A model generated the notes under the pieces. The model ran no database searches. It was not told the origin of the DNA and saw nothing but the letters and a program-made list of their open reading frames with translations. Source: Naegleria gruberi (lineage: Eukaryota). From it: DNA of 64,000 nucleotides. The position numbers were made by a program, and so were the translations under genes. Where the stretch lies: assembly GCA_000004985.1 (NCBI GenBank), contig GG738929.1. The stretch is one strand, 5' to 3'. This document shows positions 12,801 to 24,800 of the stretch, piece by piece (the stretch's first letter is position 1; the number at the start of each line of letters is the position of its first letter).

Positions 12801-15800
12801 NNNNNNNNNNNNNNNNNNNNNNNNNNNNNNNNNNNNNNNNNNNNNNNNNNNNNNNNNNNNNNNNNNNNNNNNNNNNNNNNNNNNNNNNNNNNNNNNNNNN
12901 NNNNNNNNNNNNNNNNNNNNNNNNNNNNNNNNNNNNNNNNNNNNNNNNNNNNNNNNNNNNNNNNNNNNNNNNNNNNNNNNNNNNNNNNNNNNNNNNNNNN
13001 NNNNNNNNNNNNNNNNNNNNNNNNNNNNNNNNNNNNNNNNNNNNNNNNNNNNNNNNNNNNNNNNNNNNNNNNNNNNNNNNNNNNNNNNNNNNNNNNNNNN
13101 NNNNNNNNNNNNNNNNNNNNNNNNNNNNNNNNNNNNNNNNNNNNNNNNNNNNNNNNNNNNNNNNNNNNNNNNNNNNNNNNNNNNNNNNNNNNNNNNNNNN
13201 NNNNNNNNNNNNNNNNNNNNNNNNNNNNNNNNNNNNNNNNNNNNNNNNNNNNNNNNNNNNNNNNNNNNNNNNNNNNNNNNNNNNNNNNNNNNNNNNNNNN
13301 NNNNNNNNNNNNNNNNNNNNNNNNNNNNNNNNNNNNNNNNNNNNNNNNNNNNNNNNNNNNNNNNNNNNNNNNNNNNNNNNNNNNNNNNNNNNNNNNNNNN
13401 NNNNNNNNNNNNNNNNNNNNNNNNNNNNNNNNNNNNNNNNNNNNNNNNNNNNNNNNNNNNNNNNNNNNNNNNNNNNNNNNNNNNNNNNNNNNNNNNNNNN
13501 NNNNNNNNNNNNNNNNNNNNNNNNNNNNNNNNNNNNNNNNNNNNNNNNNNNNNNNNNNNNNNNNNNNNNNNNNNNNNNNNNNNNNNNNNNNNNNNNNNNN
13601 NNNNNNNNNNNNNNNNNNNNNNNNNNNNNNNNNNNNNNNNNNNNNNNNNNNNNNNNNNNNNNNNNNNNNNNNNNNNNNNNNNNNNNNNNNNNNNNNNNNN
13701 NNNNNNNNNNNNNNNNNNNNNNNNNNNNNNNNNNNNNNNNNNNNNNNNNNNNNNNNNNNNNNNNNNNNNNNNNNNNNNNNNNNNNNNNNNNNNNNNNNNN
13801 NNNNNNNNNNNNNNNNNNNNNNNNNNNNNNNNNNNNNNNNNNNNNNNNNNNNNNNNNNNNNNNNNNNNNNNNNNNNNNNNNNNNNNNNNNNNNNNNNNNN
13901 NNNNNNNNNNNNNNNNNNNNNNNNNNNNNNNNNNNNNNNNNNNNNNNNNNNNNNNNNNNNNNNNNNNNNNNNNNNNNNNNNNNNNNNNNNNNNNNNNNNN
14001 NNNNNNNNNNNNNNNNNNNNNNNNNNNNNNNNNNNNNNNNNNNNNNNNNNNNNNNNNNNNNNNNNNNNNNNNNNNNNNNNNNNNNNNNNNNNNNNNNNNN
14101 NNNNNNNNNNNNNNNNNNNNNNNNNNNNNNNNNNNNNNNNNNNNNNNNNNNNNNNNNNNNNNNNNNNNNNNNNNNNNNNNNNNNNNNNNNNNNNNNNNNN
14201 NNNNNNNNNNNNNNNNNNNNNNNNNNNNNNNNNNNNNNNNNNNNNNNNNNNNNNNNNNNNNNNNNNNNNNNNNNNNNNNNNNNNNNNNNNNNNNNNNNNN
14301 NNNNNNNNNNNNNNNNNNNNNNNNNNNNNNNNNNNNNNNNNNNNNNNNNNNNNNNNNNNNNNNNNNNNNNNNNNNNNNNNNNNNNNNNNNNNNNNNNNNN
14401 NNNNNNNNNNNNNNNNNNNNNNNNNNNNNNNNNNNNNNNNNNNNNNNNNNNNNNNNNNNNNNNNNNNNNNNNNNNNNNNNNNNNNNNNNNNNNNNNNNNN
14501 NNNNNNNNNNNNNNNNNNNNNNNNNNNNNNNNNNNNNNNNNNNNNNNNNNNNNNNNNNNNNNNNNNNNNNNNNNNNNNNNNNNNNNNNNNNNNNNNNNNN
14601 NNNNNNNNNNNNNNNNNNNNNNNNNNNNNNNNNNNNNNNNNNNNNNNNNNNNNNNNNNNNNNNNNNNNNNNNNNNNNNNNNNNNNNNNNNNNNNNNNNNN
14701 NNNNNNNNNNNNNNNNNNNNNNNNNNNNNNNNNNNNNNNNNNNNNNNNNNNNNNNNNNNNNNNNNNNNNNNNNNNNNNNNNNNNNNNNNNNNNNNNNNNN
14801 NNNNNNNNNNNNNNNNNNNNNNNNNNNNNNNNNNNNNNNNNNNNNNNNNNNNNNNNNNNNNNNNNNNNNNNNNNNNNNNNNNNNNNNNNNNNNNNNNNNN
14901 NNNNNNNNNNNNNNNNNNNNNNNNNNNNNNNNNNNNNNNNNNNNNNNNNNNNNNNNNNNNNNNNNNNNNNNNNNNNNNNNNNNNNNNNNNNNNNNNNNNN
15001 NNNNNNNNNNNNNNNNNNNNNNNNNNNNNNNNNNNNNNNNNNNNNNNNNNNNNNNNNNNNNNNNNNNNNNNNNNNNNNNNNNNNNNNNNNNNNNNNNNNN
15101 NNNNNNNNNNNNNNNNNNNNNNNNNNNNNNNNNNNNNNNNNNNNNNNNNNNNNNNNNNNNNNNNNNNNNNNNNNNNNNNNNNNNNNNNNNNNNNNNNNNN
15201 NNNNNNNNNNNNNNNNNNNNNNNNNNNNNNNNNNNNNNNNNNNNNNNNNNNNNNNNNNNNNNNNNNNNNNNNNNNNNNNNNNNNNNNNNNNNNNNNNNNN
15301 NNNNNNNNNNNNNNNNNNNNNNNNNNNNNNNNNNNNNNNNNNNNNNNNNNNNNNNNNNNNNNNNNNNNNNNNNNNNNNNNNNNNNNNNNNNNNNNNNNNN
15401 NNNNNNNNNNNNNNNNNNNNNNNNNNNNNNNNNNNNNNNNNNNNNNNNNNNNNNNNNNNNNNNNNNNNNNNNNNNNNNNNNNNNNNNNNNNNNNNNNNNN
15501 NNNNNNNNNNNNNNNNNNNNNNNNNNNNNNNNNNNNNNNNNNNNNNNNNNNNNNNNNNNNNNNNNNNNNNNNNNNNNNNNNNNNNNNNNNNNNNNNNNNN
15601 NNNNNNNNNNNNNNNNNNNNNNNNNNNNNNNNNNNNNNNNNNNNNNNNNNNNNNNNNNNNNNNNNNNNNNNNNNNNNNNNNNNNNNNNNNNNNNNNNNNN
15701 NNNNNNNNNNNNNNNNNNNNNNNNNNNNNNNNNNNNNNNNNNNNNNNNNNNNNNNNNNNNNNNNNNNNNNNNNNNNNNNNNNNNNNNNNNNNNNNNNNNN

Positions 15801-18800
15801 NNNNNNNNNNNNNNNNNNNNNNNNNNNNNNNNNNNNNNNNNNNNNNNNNNNNNNNNNNNNNNNNNNNNNNNNNNNNNNNNNNNNNNNNNNNNNNNNNNNN
15901 NNNNNNNNNNNNNNNNNNNNNNNNNNNNNNNNNNNNNNNNNNNNNNNNNNNNNNNNNNNNNNNNNNNNNNNNNNNNNNNNNNNNNNNNNNNNNNNNNNNN
16001 NNNNNNNNNNNNNNNNNNNNNNNNNNNNNNNNNNNNNNNNNNNNNNNNNNNNNNNNNNNNNNNNNNNNNNNNNNNNNNNNNNNNNNNNNNNNNNNNNNNN
16101 NNNNNNNNNNNNNNNNNNNNNNNNNNNNNNNNNNNNNNNNNNNNNNNNNNNNNNNNNNNNNNNNNNNNNNNNNNNNNNNNNNNNNNNNNNNNNNNNNNNN
16201 NNNNNNNNNNNNNNNNNNNNNNNNNNNNNNNNNNNNNNNNNNNNNNNNNNNNNNNNNNNNNNNNNNNNNNNNNNNNNNNNNNNNNNNNNNNNNNNNNNNN
16301 NNNNNNNNNNNNNNNNNNNNNNNNNNNNNNNNNNNNNNNNNNNNNNNNNNNNNNNNNNNNNNNNNNNNNNNNNNNNNNNNNNNNNNNNNNNNNNNNNNNN
16401 NNNNNNNNNNNNNNNNNNNNNNNNNNNNNNNNNNNNNNNNNNNNNNNNNNNNNNNNNNNNNNNNNNNNNNNNNNNNNNNNNNNNNNNNNNNNNNNNNNNN
16501 NNNNNNNNNNNNNNNNNNNNNNNNNNNNNNNNNNNNNNNNNNNNNNNNNNNNNNNNNNNNNNNNNNNNNNNNNNNNNNNNNNNNNNNNNNNNNNNNNNNN
16601 NNNNNNNNNNNNNNNNNNNNNNNNNNNNNNNNNNNNNNNNNNNNNNNNNNNNNNNNNNNNNNNNNNNNNNNNNNNNNNNNNNNNNNNNNNNNNNNNNNNN
16701 NNNNNNNNNNNNNNNNNNNNNNNNNNNNNNNNNNNNNNNNNNNNNNNNNNNNNNNNNNNNNNNNNNNNNNNNNNNNNNNNNNNNNNNNNNNNNNNNNNNN
16801 NNNNNNNNNNNNNNNNNNNNNNNNNNNNNNNNNNNNNNNNNNNNNNNNNNNNNNNNNNNNNNNNNNNNNNNNNNNNNNNNNNNNNNNNNNNNNNNNNNNN
16901 NNNNNNNNNNNNNNNNNNNNNNNNNNNNNNNNNNNNNNNNNNNNNNNNNNNNNNNNNNNNNNNNNNNNNNNNNNNNNNNNNNNNNNNNNNNNNNNNNNNN
17001 NNNNNNNNNNNNNNNNNNNNNNNNNNNNNNNNNNNNNNNNNNNNNNNNNNNNNNNNNNNNNNNNNNNNNNNNNNNNNNNNNNNNNNNNNNNNNNNNNNNN
17101 NNNNNNNNNNNNNNNNNNNNNNNNNNNNNNNNNNNNNNNNNNNNNNNNNNNNNNNNNNNNNNNNNNNNNNNNNNNNNNNNNNNNNNNNNNNNNNNNNNNN
17201 NNNNNNNNNNNNNNNNNNNNNNNNNNNNNNNNNNNNNNNNNNNNNNNNNNNNNNNNNNNNNNNNNNNNNNNNNNNNNNNNNNNNNNNNNNNNNNNNNNNN
17301 NNNNNNNNNNNNNNNNNNNNNNNNNNNNNNNNNNNNNNNNNNNNNNNNNNNNNNNNNNNNNNNNNNNNNNNNNNNNNNNNNNNNNNNNNNNNNNNNNNNN
17401 NNNNNNNNNNNNNNNNNNNNNNNNNNNNNNNNNNNNNNNNNNNNNNNNNNNNNNNNNNNNNNNNNNNNNNNNNNNNNNNNNNNNNNNNNNNNNNNNNNNN
17501 NNNNNNNNNNNNNNNNNNNNNNNNNNNNNNNNNNNNNNNNNNNNNNNNNNNNNNNNNNNNNNNNNNNNNNNNNNNNNNNNNNNNNNNNNNNNNNNNNNNN
17601 NNNNNNNNNNNNNNNNNNNNNNNNNNNNNNNNNNNNNNNNNNNNNNNNNNNNNNNNNNNNNNNNNNNNNNNNNNNNNNNNNNNNNNNNNNNNNNNNNNNN
17701 NNNNNNNNNNNNNNNNNNNNNNNNNNNNNNNNNNNNNNNNNNNNNNNNNNNNNNNNNNNNNNNNNNNNNNNNNNNNNNNNNNNNNNNNNNNNNNNNNNNN
17801 NNNNNNNNNNNNNNNNNNNNNNNNNNNNNNNNNNNNNNNNNNNNNNNNNNNNNNNNNNNNNNNNNNNNNNNNNNNNNNNNNNNNNNNNNNNNNNNNNNNN
17901 NNNNNNNNNNNNNNNNNNNNNNNNNNNNNNNNNNNNNNNNNNNNNNNNNNNNNNNNNNNNNNNNNNNNNNNNNNNNNNNNNNNNNNNNNNNNNNNNNNNN
18001 NNNNNNNNNNNNNNNNNNNNNNNNNNNNNNNNNNNNNNNNNNNNNNNNNNNNNNNNNNNNNNNNNNNNNNNNNNNNNNNNNNNNNNNNNNNNNNNNNNNN
18101 NNNNNNNNNNNNNNNNNNNNNNNNNNNNNNNNNNNNNNNNNNNNNNNNNNNNNNNNNNNNNNNNNNNNNNNNNNNNNNNNNNNNNNNNNNNNNNNNNNNN
18201 NNNNNNNNNNNNNNNNNNNNNNNNNNNNNNNNNNNNNNNNNNNNNNNNNNNNNNNNNNNNNNNNNNNNNNNNNNNNNNNNNNNNNNNNNNNNNNNNNNNN
18301 NNNNNNNNNNNNNNNNNNNNNNNNNNNNNNNNNNNNNNNNNNNNNNNNNNNNNNNNNNNNNNNNNNNNNNNNNNNNNNNNNNNNNNNNNNNNNNNNNNNN
18401 NNNNNNNNNNNNNNNNNNNNNNNNNNNNNNNNNNNNNNNNNNNNNNNNNNNNNNNNNNNNNNNNNNNNNNNNNNNNNNNNNNNNNNNNNNNNNNNNNNNN
18501 NNNNNNNNNNNNNNNNNNNNNNNNNNNNNNNNNNNNNNNNNNNNNNNNNNNNNNNNNNNNNNNNNNNNNNNNNNNNNNNNNNNNNNNNNNNNNNNNNNNN
18601 NNNNNNNNNNNNNNNNNNNNNNNNNNNNNNNNNNNNNNNNNNNNNNNNNNNNNNNNNNNNNNNNNNNNNNNNNNNNNNNNNNNNNNNNNNNNNNNNNNNN
18701 NNNNNNNNNNNNNNNNNNNNNNNNNNNNNNNNNNNNNNNNNNNNNNNNNNNNNNNNNNNNNNNNNNNNNNNNNNNNNNNNNNNNNNNNNNNNNNNNNNNN

Positions 18801-21800
18801 NNNNNNNNNNNNNNNNNNNNNNNNNNNNNNNNNNNNNNNNNNNNNNNNNNNNNNNNNNNNNNNNNNNNNNNNNNNNNNNNNNNNNNNNNNNNNNNNNNNN
18901 NNNNNNNNNNNNNNNNNNNNNNNNNNNNNNNNNNNNNNNNNNNNNNNNNNNNNNNNNNNNNNNNNNNNNNNNNNNNNNNNNNNNNNNNNNNNNNNNNNNN
19001 NNNNNNNNNNNNNNNNNNNNNNNNNNNNNNNNNNNNNNNNNNNNNNNNNNNNNNNNNNNNNNNNNNNNNNNNNNNNNNNNNNNNNNNNNNNNNNNNNNNN
19101 NNNNNNNNNNNNNNNNNNNNNNNNNNNNNNNNNNNNNNNNNNNNNNNNNNNNNNNNNNNNNNNNNNNNNNNNNNNNNNNNNNNNNNNNNNNNNNNNNNNN
19201 NNNNNNNNNNNNNNNNNNNNNNNNNNNNNNNNNNNNNNNNNNNNNNNNNNNNNNNNNNNNNNNNNNNNNNNNNNNNNNNNNNNNNNNNNNNNNNNNNNNN
19301 NNNNNNNNNNNNNNNNNNNNNNNNNNNNNNNNNNNNNNNNNNNNNNNNNNNNNNNNNNNNNNNNNNNNNNNNNNNNNNNNNNNNNNNNNNNNNNNNNNNN
19401 NNNNNNNNNNNNNNNNNNNNNNNNNNNNNNNNNNNNNNNNNNNNNNNNNNNNNNNNNNNNNNNNNNNNNNNNNNNNNNNNNNNNNNNNNNNNNNNNNNNN
19501 NNNNNNNNNNNNNNNNNNNNNNNNNNNNNNNNNNNNNNNNNNNNNNNNNNNNNNNNNNNNNNNNNNNNNNNNNNNNNNNNNNNNNNNNNNNNNNNNNNNN
19601 NNNNNNNNNNNNNNNNNNNNNNNNNNNNNNNNNNNNNNNNNNNNNNNNNNNNNNNNNNNNNNNNNNNNNNNNNNNNNNNNNNNNNNNNNNNNNNNNNNNN
19701 NNNNNNNNNNNNNNNNNNNNNNNNNNNNNNNNNNNNNNNNNNNNNNNNNNNNNNNNNNNNNNNNNNNNNNNNNNNNNNNNNNNNNNNNNNNNNNNNNNNN
19801 NNNNNNNNNNNNNNNNNNNNNNNNNNNNNNNNNNNNNNNNNNNNNNNNNNNNNNNNNNNNNNNNNNNNNNNNNNNNNNNNNNNNNNNNNNNNNNNNNNNN
19901 NNNNNNNNNNNNNNNNNNNNNNNNNNNNNNNNNNNNNNNNNNNNNNNNNNNNNNNNNNNNNNNNNNNNNNNNNNNNNNNNNNNNNNNNNNNNNNNNNNNN
20001 NNNNNNNNNNNNNNNNNNNNNNNNNNNNNNNNNNNNNNNNNNNNNNNNNNNNNNNNNNNNNNNNNNNNNNNNNNNNNNNNNNNNNNNNNNNNNNNNNNNN
20101 NNNNNNNNNNNNNNNNNNNNNNNNNNNNNNNNNNNNNNNNNNNNNNNNNNNNNNNNNNNNNNNNNNNNNNNNNNNNNNNNNNNNNNNNNNNNNNNNNNNN
20201 NNNNNNNNNNNNNNNNNNNNNNNNNNNNNNNNNNNNNNNNNNNNNNNNNNNNNNNNNNNNNNNNNNNNNNNNNNNNNNNNNNNNNNNNNNNNNNNNNNNN
20301 NNNNNNNNNNNNNNNNNNNNNNNNNNNNNNNNNNNNNNNNNNNNNNNNNNNNNNNNNNNNNNNNNNNNNNNNNNNNNNNNNNNNNNNNNNNNNNNNNNNN
20401 NNNNNNNNNNNNNNNNNNNNNNNNNNNNNNNNNNNNNNNNNNNNNNNNNNNNNNNNNNNNNNNNNNNNNNNNNNNNNNNNNNNNNNNNNNNNNNNNNNNN
20501 NNNNNNNNNNNNNNNNNNNNNNNNNNNNNNNNNNNNNNNNNNNNNNNNNNNNNNNNNNNNNNNNNNNNNNNNNNNNNNNNNNNNNNNNNNNNNNNNNNNN
20601 NNNNNNNNNNNNNNNNNNNNNNNNNNNNNNNNNNNNNNNNNNNNNNNNNNNNNNNNNNNNNNNNNNNNNNNNNNNNNNNNNNNNNNNNNNNNNNNNNNNN
20701 NNNNNNNNNNNNNNNNNNNNNNNNNNNNNNNNNNNNNNNNNNNNNNNNNNNNNNNNNNNNNNNNNNNNNNNNNNNNNNNNNNNNNNNNNNNNNNNNNNNN
20801 NNNNNNNNNNNNNNNNNNNNNNNNNNNNNNNNNNNNNNNNNNNNNNNNNNNNNNNNNNNNNNNNNNNNNNNNNNNNNNNNNNNNNNNNNNNNNNNNNNNN
20901 NNNNNNNNNNNNNNNNNNNNNNNNNNNNNNNNNNNNNNNNNNNNNNNNNNNNNNNNNNNNNNNNNNNNNNNNNNNNNNNNNNNNNNNNNNNNNNNNNNNN
21001 NNNNNNNNNNNNNNNNNNNNNNNNNNNNNNNNNNNNNNNNNNNNNNNNNNNNNNNNNNNNNNNNNNNNNNNNNNNNNNNNNNNNNNNNNNNNNNNNNNNN
21101 NNNNNNNNNNNNNNNNNNNNNNNNNNNNNNNNNNNNNNNNNNNNNNNNNNNNNNNNNNNNNNNNNNNNNNNNNNNNNNNNNNNNNNNNNNNNNNNNNNNN
21201 NNNNNNNNNNNNNNNNNNNNNNNNNNNNNNNNNNNNNNNNNNNNNNNNNNNNNNNNNNNNNNNNNNNNNNNNNNNNNNNNNNNNNNNNNNNNNNNNNNNN
21301 NNNNNNNNNNNNNNNNNNNNNNNNNNNNNNNNNNNNNNNNNNNNNNNNNNNNNNNNNNNNNNNNNNNNNNNNNNNNNNNNNNNNNNNNNNNNNNNNNNNN
21401 NNNNNNNNNNNNNNNNNNNNNNNNNNNNNNNNNNNNNNNNNNNNNNNNNNNNNNNNNNNNNNNNNNNNNNNNNNNNNNNNNNNNNNNNNNNNNNNNNNNN
21501 NNNNNNNNNNNNNNNNNNNNNNNNNNNNNNNNNNNNNNNNNNNNNNNNNNNNNNNNNNNNNNNNNNNNNNNNNNNNNNNNNNNNNNNNNNNNNNNNNNNN
21601 NNNNNNNNNNNNNNNNNNNNNNNNNNNNNNNNNNNNNNNNNNNNNNNNNNNNNNNNNNNNNNNNNNNNNNNNNNNNNNNNNNNNNNNNNNNNNNNNNNNN
21701 NNNNNNNNNNNNNNNNNNNNNNNNNNNNNNNNNNNNNNNNNNNNNNNNNNNNNNNNNNNNNNNNNNNNNNNNNNNNNNNNNNNNNNNNNNNNNNNNNNNN

Positions 21801-24800
21801 NNNNNNNNNNNNNNNNNNNNNNNNNNNNNNNNNNNNNNNNNNNNNNNNNNNNNNNNNNNNNNNNNNNNNNNNNNNNNNNNNNNNNNNNNNNNNNNNNNNN
21901 NNNNNNNNNNNNNNNNNNNNNNNNNNNNNNNNNNNNNNNNNNNNNNNNNNNNNNNNNNNNNNNNNNNNNNNNNNNNNNNNNNNNNNNNNNNNNNNNNNNN
22001 NNNNNNNNNNNNNNNNNNNNNNNNNNNNNNNNNNNNNNNNNNNNNNNNNNNNNNNNNNNNNNNNNNNNNNNNNNNNNNNNNNNNNNNNNNNNNNNNNNNN
22101 NNNNNNNNNNNNNNNNNNNNNNNNNNNNNNNNNNNNNNNNNNNNNNNNNNNNNNNNNNNNNNNNNNNNNNNNNNNNNNNNNNNNNNNNNNNNNNNNNNNN
22201 NNNNNNNNNNNNNNNNNNNNNNNNNNNNNNNNNNNNNNNNNNNNNNNNNNNNNNNNNNNNNNNNNNNNNNNNNNNNNNNNNNNNNNNNNNNNNNNNNNNN
22301 NNNNNNNNNNNNNNNNNNNNNNNNNNNNNNNNNNNNNNNNNNNNNNNNNNNNNNNNNNNNNNNNNNNNNNNNNNNNNNNNNNNNNNNNNNNNNNNNNNNN
22401 NNNNNNNNNNNNNNNNNNNNNNNNNNNNNNNNNNNNNNNNNNNNNNNNNNNNNNNNNNNNNNNNNNNNNNNNNNNNNNNNNNNNNNNNNNNNNNNNNNNN
22501 NNNNNNNNNNNNNNNNNNNNNNNNNNNNNNNNNNNNNNNNNNNNNNNNNNNNNNNNNNNNNNNNNNNNNNNNNNNNNNNNNNNNNNNNNNNNNNNNNNNN
22601 NNNNNNNNNNNNNNNNNNNNNNNNNNNNNNNNNNNNNNNNNNNNNNNNNNNNNNNNNNNNNNNNNNNNNNNNNNNNNNNNNNNNNNNNNNNNNNNNNNNN
22701 NNNNNNNNNNNNNNNNNNNNNNNNNNNNNNNNNNNNNNNNNNNNNNNNNNNNNNNNNNNNNNNNNNNNNNNNNNNNNNNNNNNNNNNNNNNNNNNNNNNN
22801 NNNNNNNNNNNNNNNNNNNNNNNNNNNNNNNNNNNNNNNNNNNNNNNNNNNNNNNNNNNNNNNNNNNNNNNNNNNNNNNNNNNNNNNNNNNNNNNNNNNN
22901 NNNNNNNNNNNNNNNNNNNNNNNNNNNNNNNNNNNNNNNNNNNNNNNNNNNNNNNNNNNNNNNNNNNNNNNNNNNNNNNNNNNNNNNNNNNNNNNNNNNN
23001 NNNNNNNNNNNNNNNNNNNNNNNNNNNNNNNNNNNNNNNNNNNNNNNNNNNNNNNNNNNNNNNNNNNNNNNNNNNNNNNNNNNNNNNNNNNNNNNNNNNN
23101 NNNNNNNNNNNNNNNNNNNNNNNNNNNNNNNNNNNNNNNNNNNNNNNNNNNNNNNNNNNNNNNNNNNNNNNNNNNNNNNNNNNNNNNNNNNNNNNNNNNN
23201 NNNNNNNNNNNNNNNNNNNNNNNNNNNNNNNNNNNNNNNNNNNNNNNNNNNNNNNNNNNNNNNNNNNNNNNNNNNNNNNNNNNNNNNNNNNNNNNNNNNN
23301 NNNNNNNNNNNNNNNNNNNNNNNNNNNNNNNNNNNNNNNNNNNNNNNNNNNNNNNNNNNNNNNNNNNNNNNNNNNNNNNNNNNNNNNNNNNNNNNNNNNN
23401 NNNNNNNNNNNNNNNNNNNNNNNNNNNNNNNNNNNNNNNNNNNNNNNNNNNNNNNNNNNNNNNNNNNNNNNNNNNNNNNNNNNNNNNNNNNNNNNNNNNN
23501 NNNNNNNNNNNNNNNNNNNNNNNNNNNNNNNNNNNNNNNNNNNNNNNNNNNNNNNNNNNNNNNNNNNNNNNNNNNNNNNNNNNNNNNNNNNNNNNNNNNN
23601 NNNNNNNNNNNNNNNNNNNNNNNNNNNNNNNNNNNNNNNNNNNNNNNNNNNNNNNNNNNNNNNNNNNNNNNNNNNNNNNNNNNNNNNNNNNNNNNNNNNN
23701 NNNNNNNNNNNNNNNNNNNNNNNNNNNNNNNNNNNNNNNNNNNNNNNNNNNNNNNNNNNNNNNNNNNNNNNNNNNNNNNNNNNNNNNNNNNNNNNNNNNN
23801 NNNNNNNNNNNNNNNNNNNNNNNNNNNNNNNNNNNNNNNNNNNNNNNNNNNNNNNNNNNNNNNNNNNNNNNNNNNNNNNNNNNNNNNNNNNNNNNNNNNN
23901 NNNNNNNNNNNNNNNNNNNNNNNNNNNNNNNNNNNNNNNNNNNNNNNNNNNNNNNNNNNNNNNNNNNNNNNNNNNNNNNNNNNNNNNNNNNNNNNNNNNN
24001 NNNNNNNNNNNNNNNNNNNNNNNNNNNNNNNNNNNNNNNNNNNNNNNNNNNNNNNNNNNNNNNNNNNNNNNNNNNNNNNNNNNNNNNNNNNNNNNNNNNN
24101 NNNNNNNNNNNNNNNNNNNNNNNNNNNNNNNNNNNNNNNNNNNNNNNNNNNNNNNNNNNNNNNNNNNNNNNNNNNNNNNNNNNNNNNNNNNNNNNNNNNN
24201 NNNNNNNNNNNNNNNNNNNNNNNNNNNNNNNNNNNNNNNNNNNNNNNNNNNNNNNNNNNNNNNNNNNNNNNNNNNNNNNNNNNNNNNNNNNNNNNNNNNN
24301 NNNNNNNNNNNNNNNNNNNNNNNNNNNNNNNNNNNNNNNNNNNNNNNNNNNNNNNNNNNNNNNNNNNNNNNNNNNNNNNNNNNNNNNNNNNNNNNNNNNN
24401 NNNNNNNNNNNNNNNNNNNNNNNNNNNNNNNNNNNNNNNNNNNNNNNNNNNNNNNNNNNNNNNNNNNNNNNNNNNNNNNNNNNNNNNNNNNNNNNNNNNN
24501 NNNNNNNNNNNNNNNNNNNNNNNNNNNNNNNNNNNNNNNNNNNNNNNNNNNNNNNNNNNNNNNNNNNNNNNNNNNNNNNNNNNNNNNNNNNNNNNNNNNN
24601 NNNNNNNNNNNNNNNNNNNNNNNNNNNNNNNNNNNNNNNNNNNNNNNNNNNNNNNNNNNNNNNNNNNNNNNNNNNNNNNNNNNNNNNNNNNNNNNNNNNN
24701 NNNNNNNNNNNNNNNNNNNNNNNNNNNNNNNNNNNNNNNNNNNNNNNNNNNNNNNNNNNNNNNNNNNNNNNNNNNNNNNNNNNNNNNNNNNNNNNNNNNN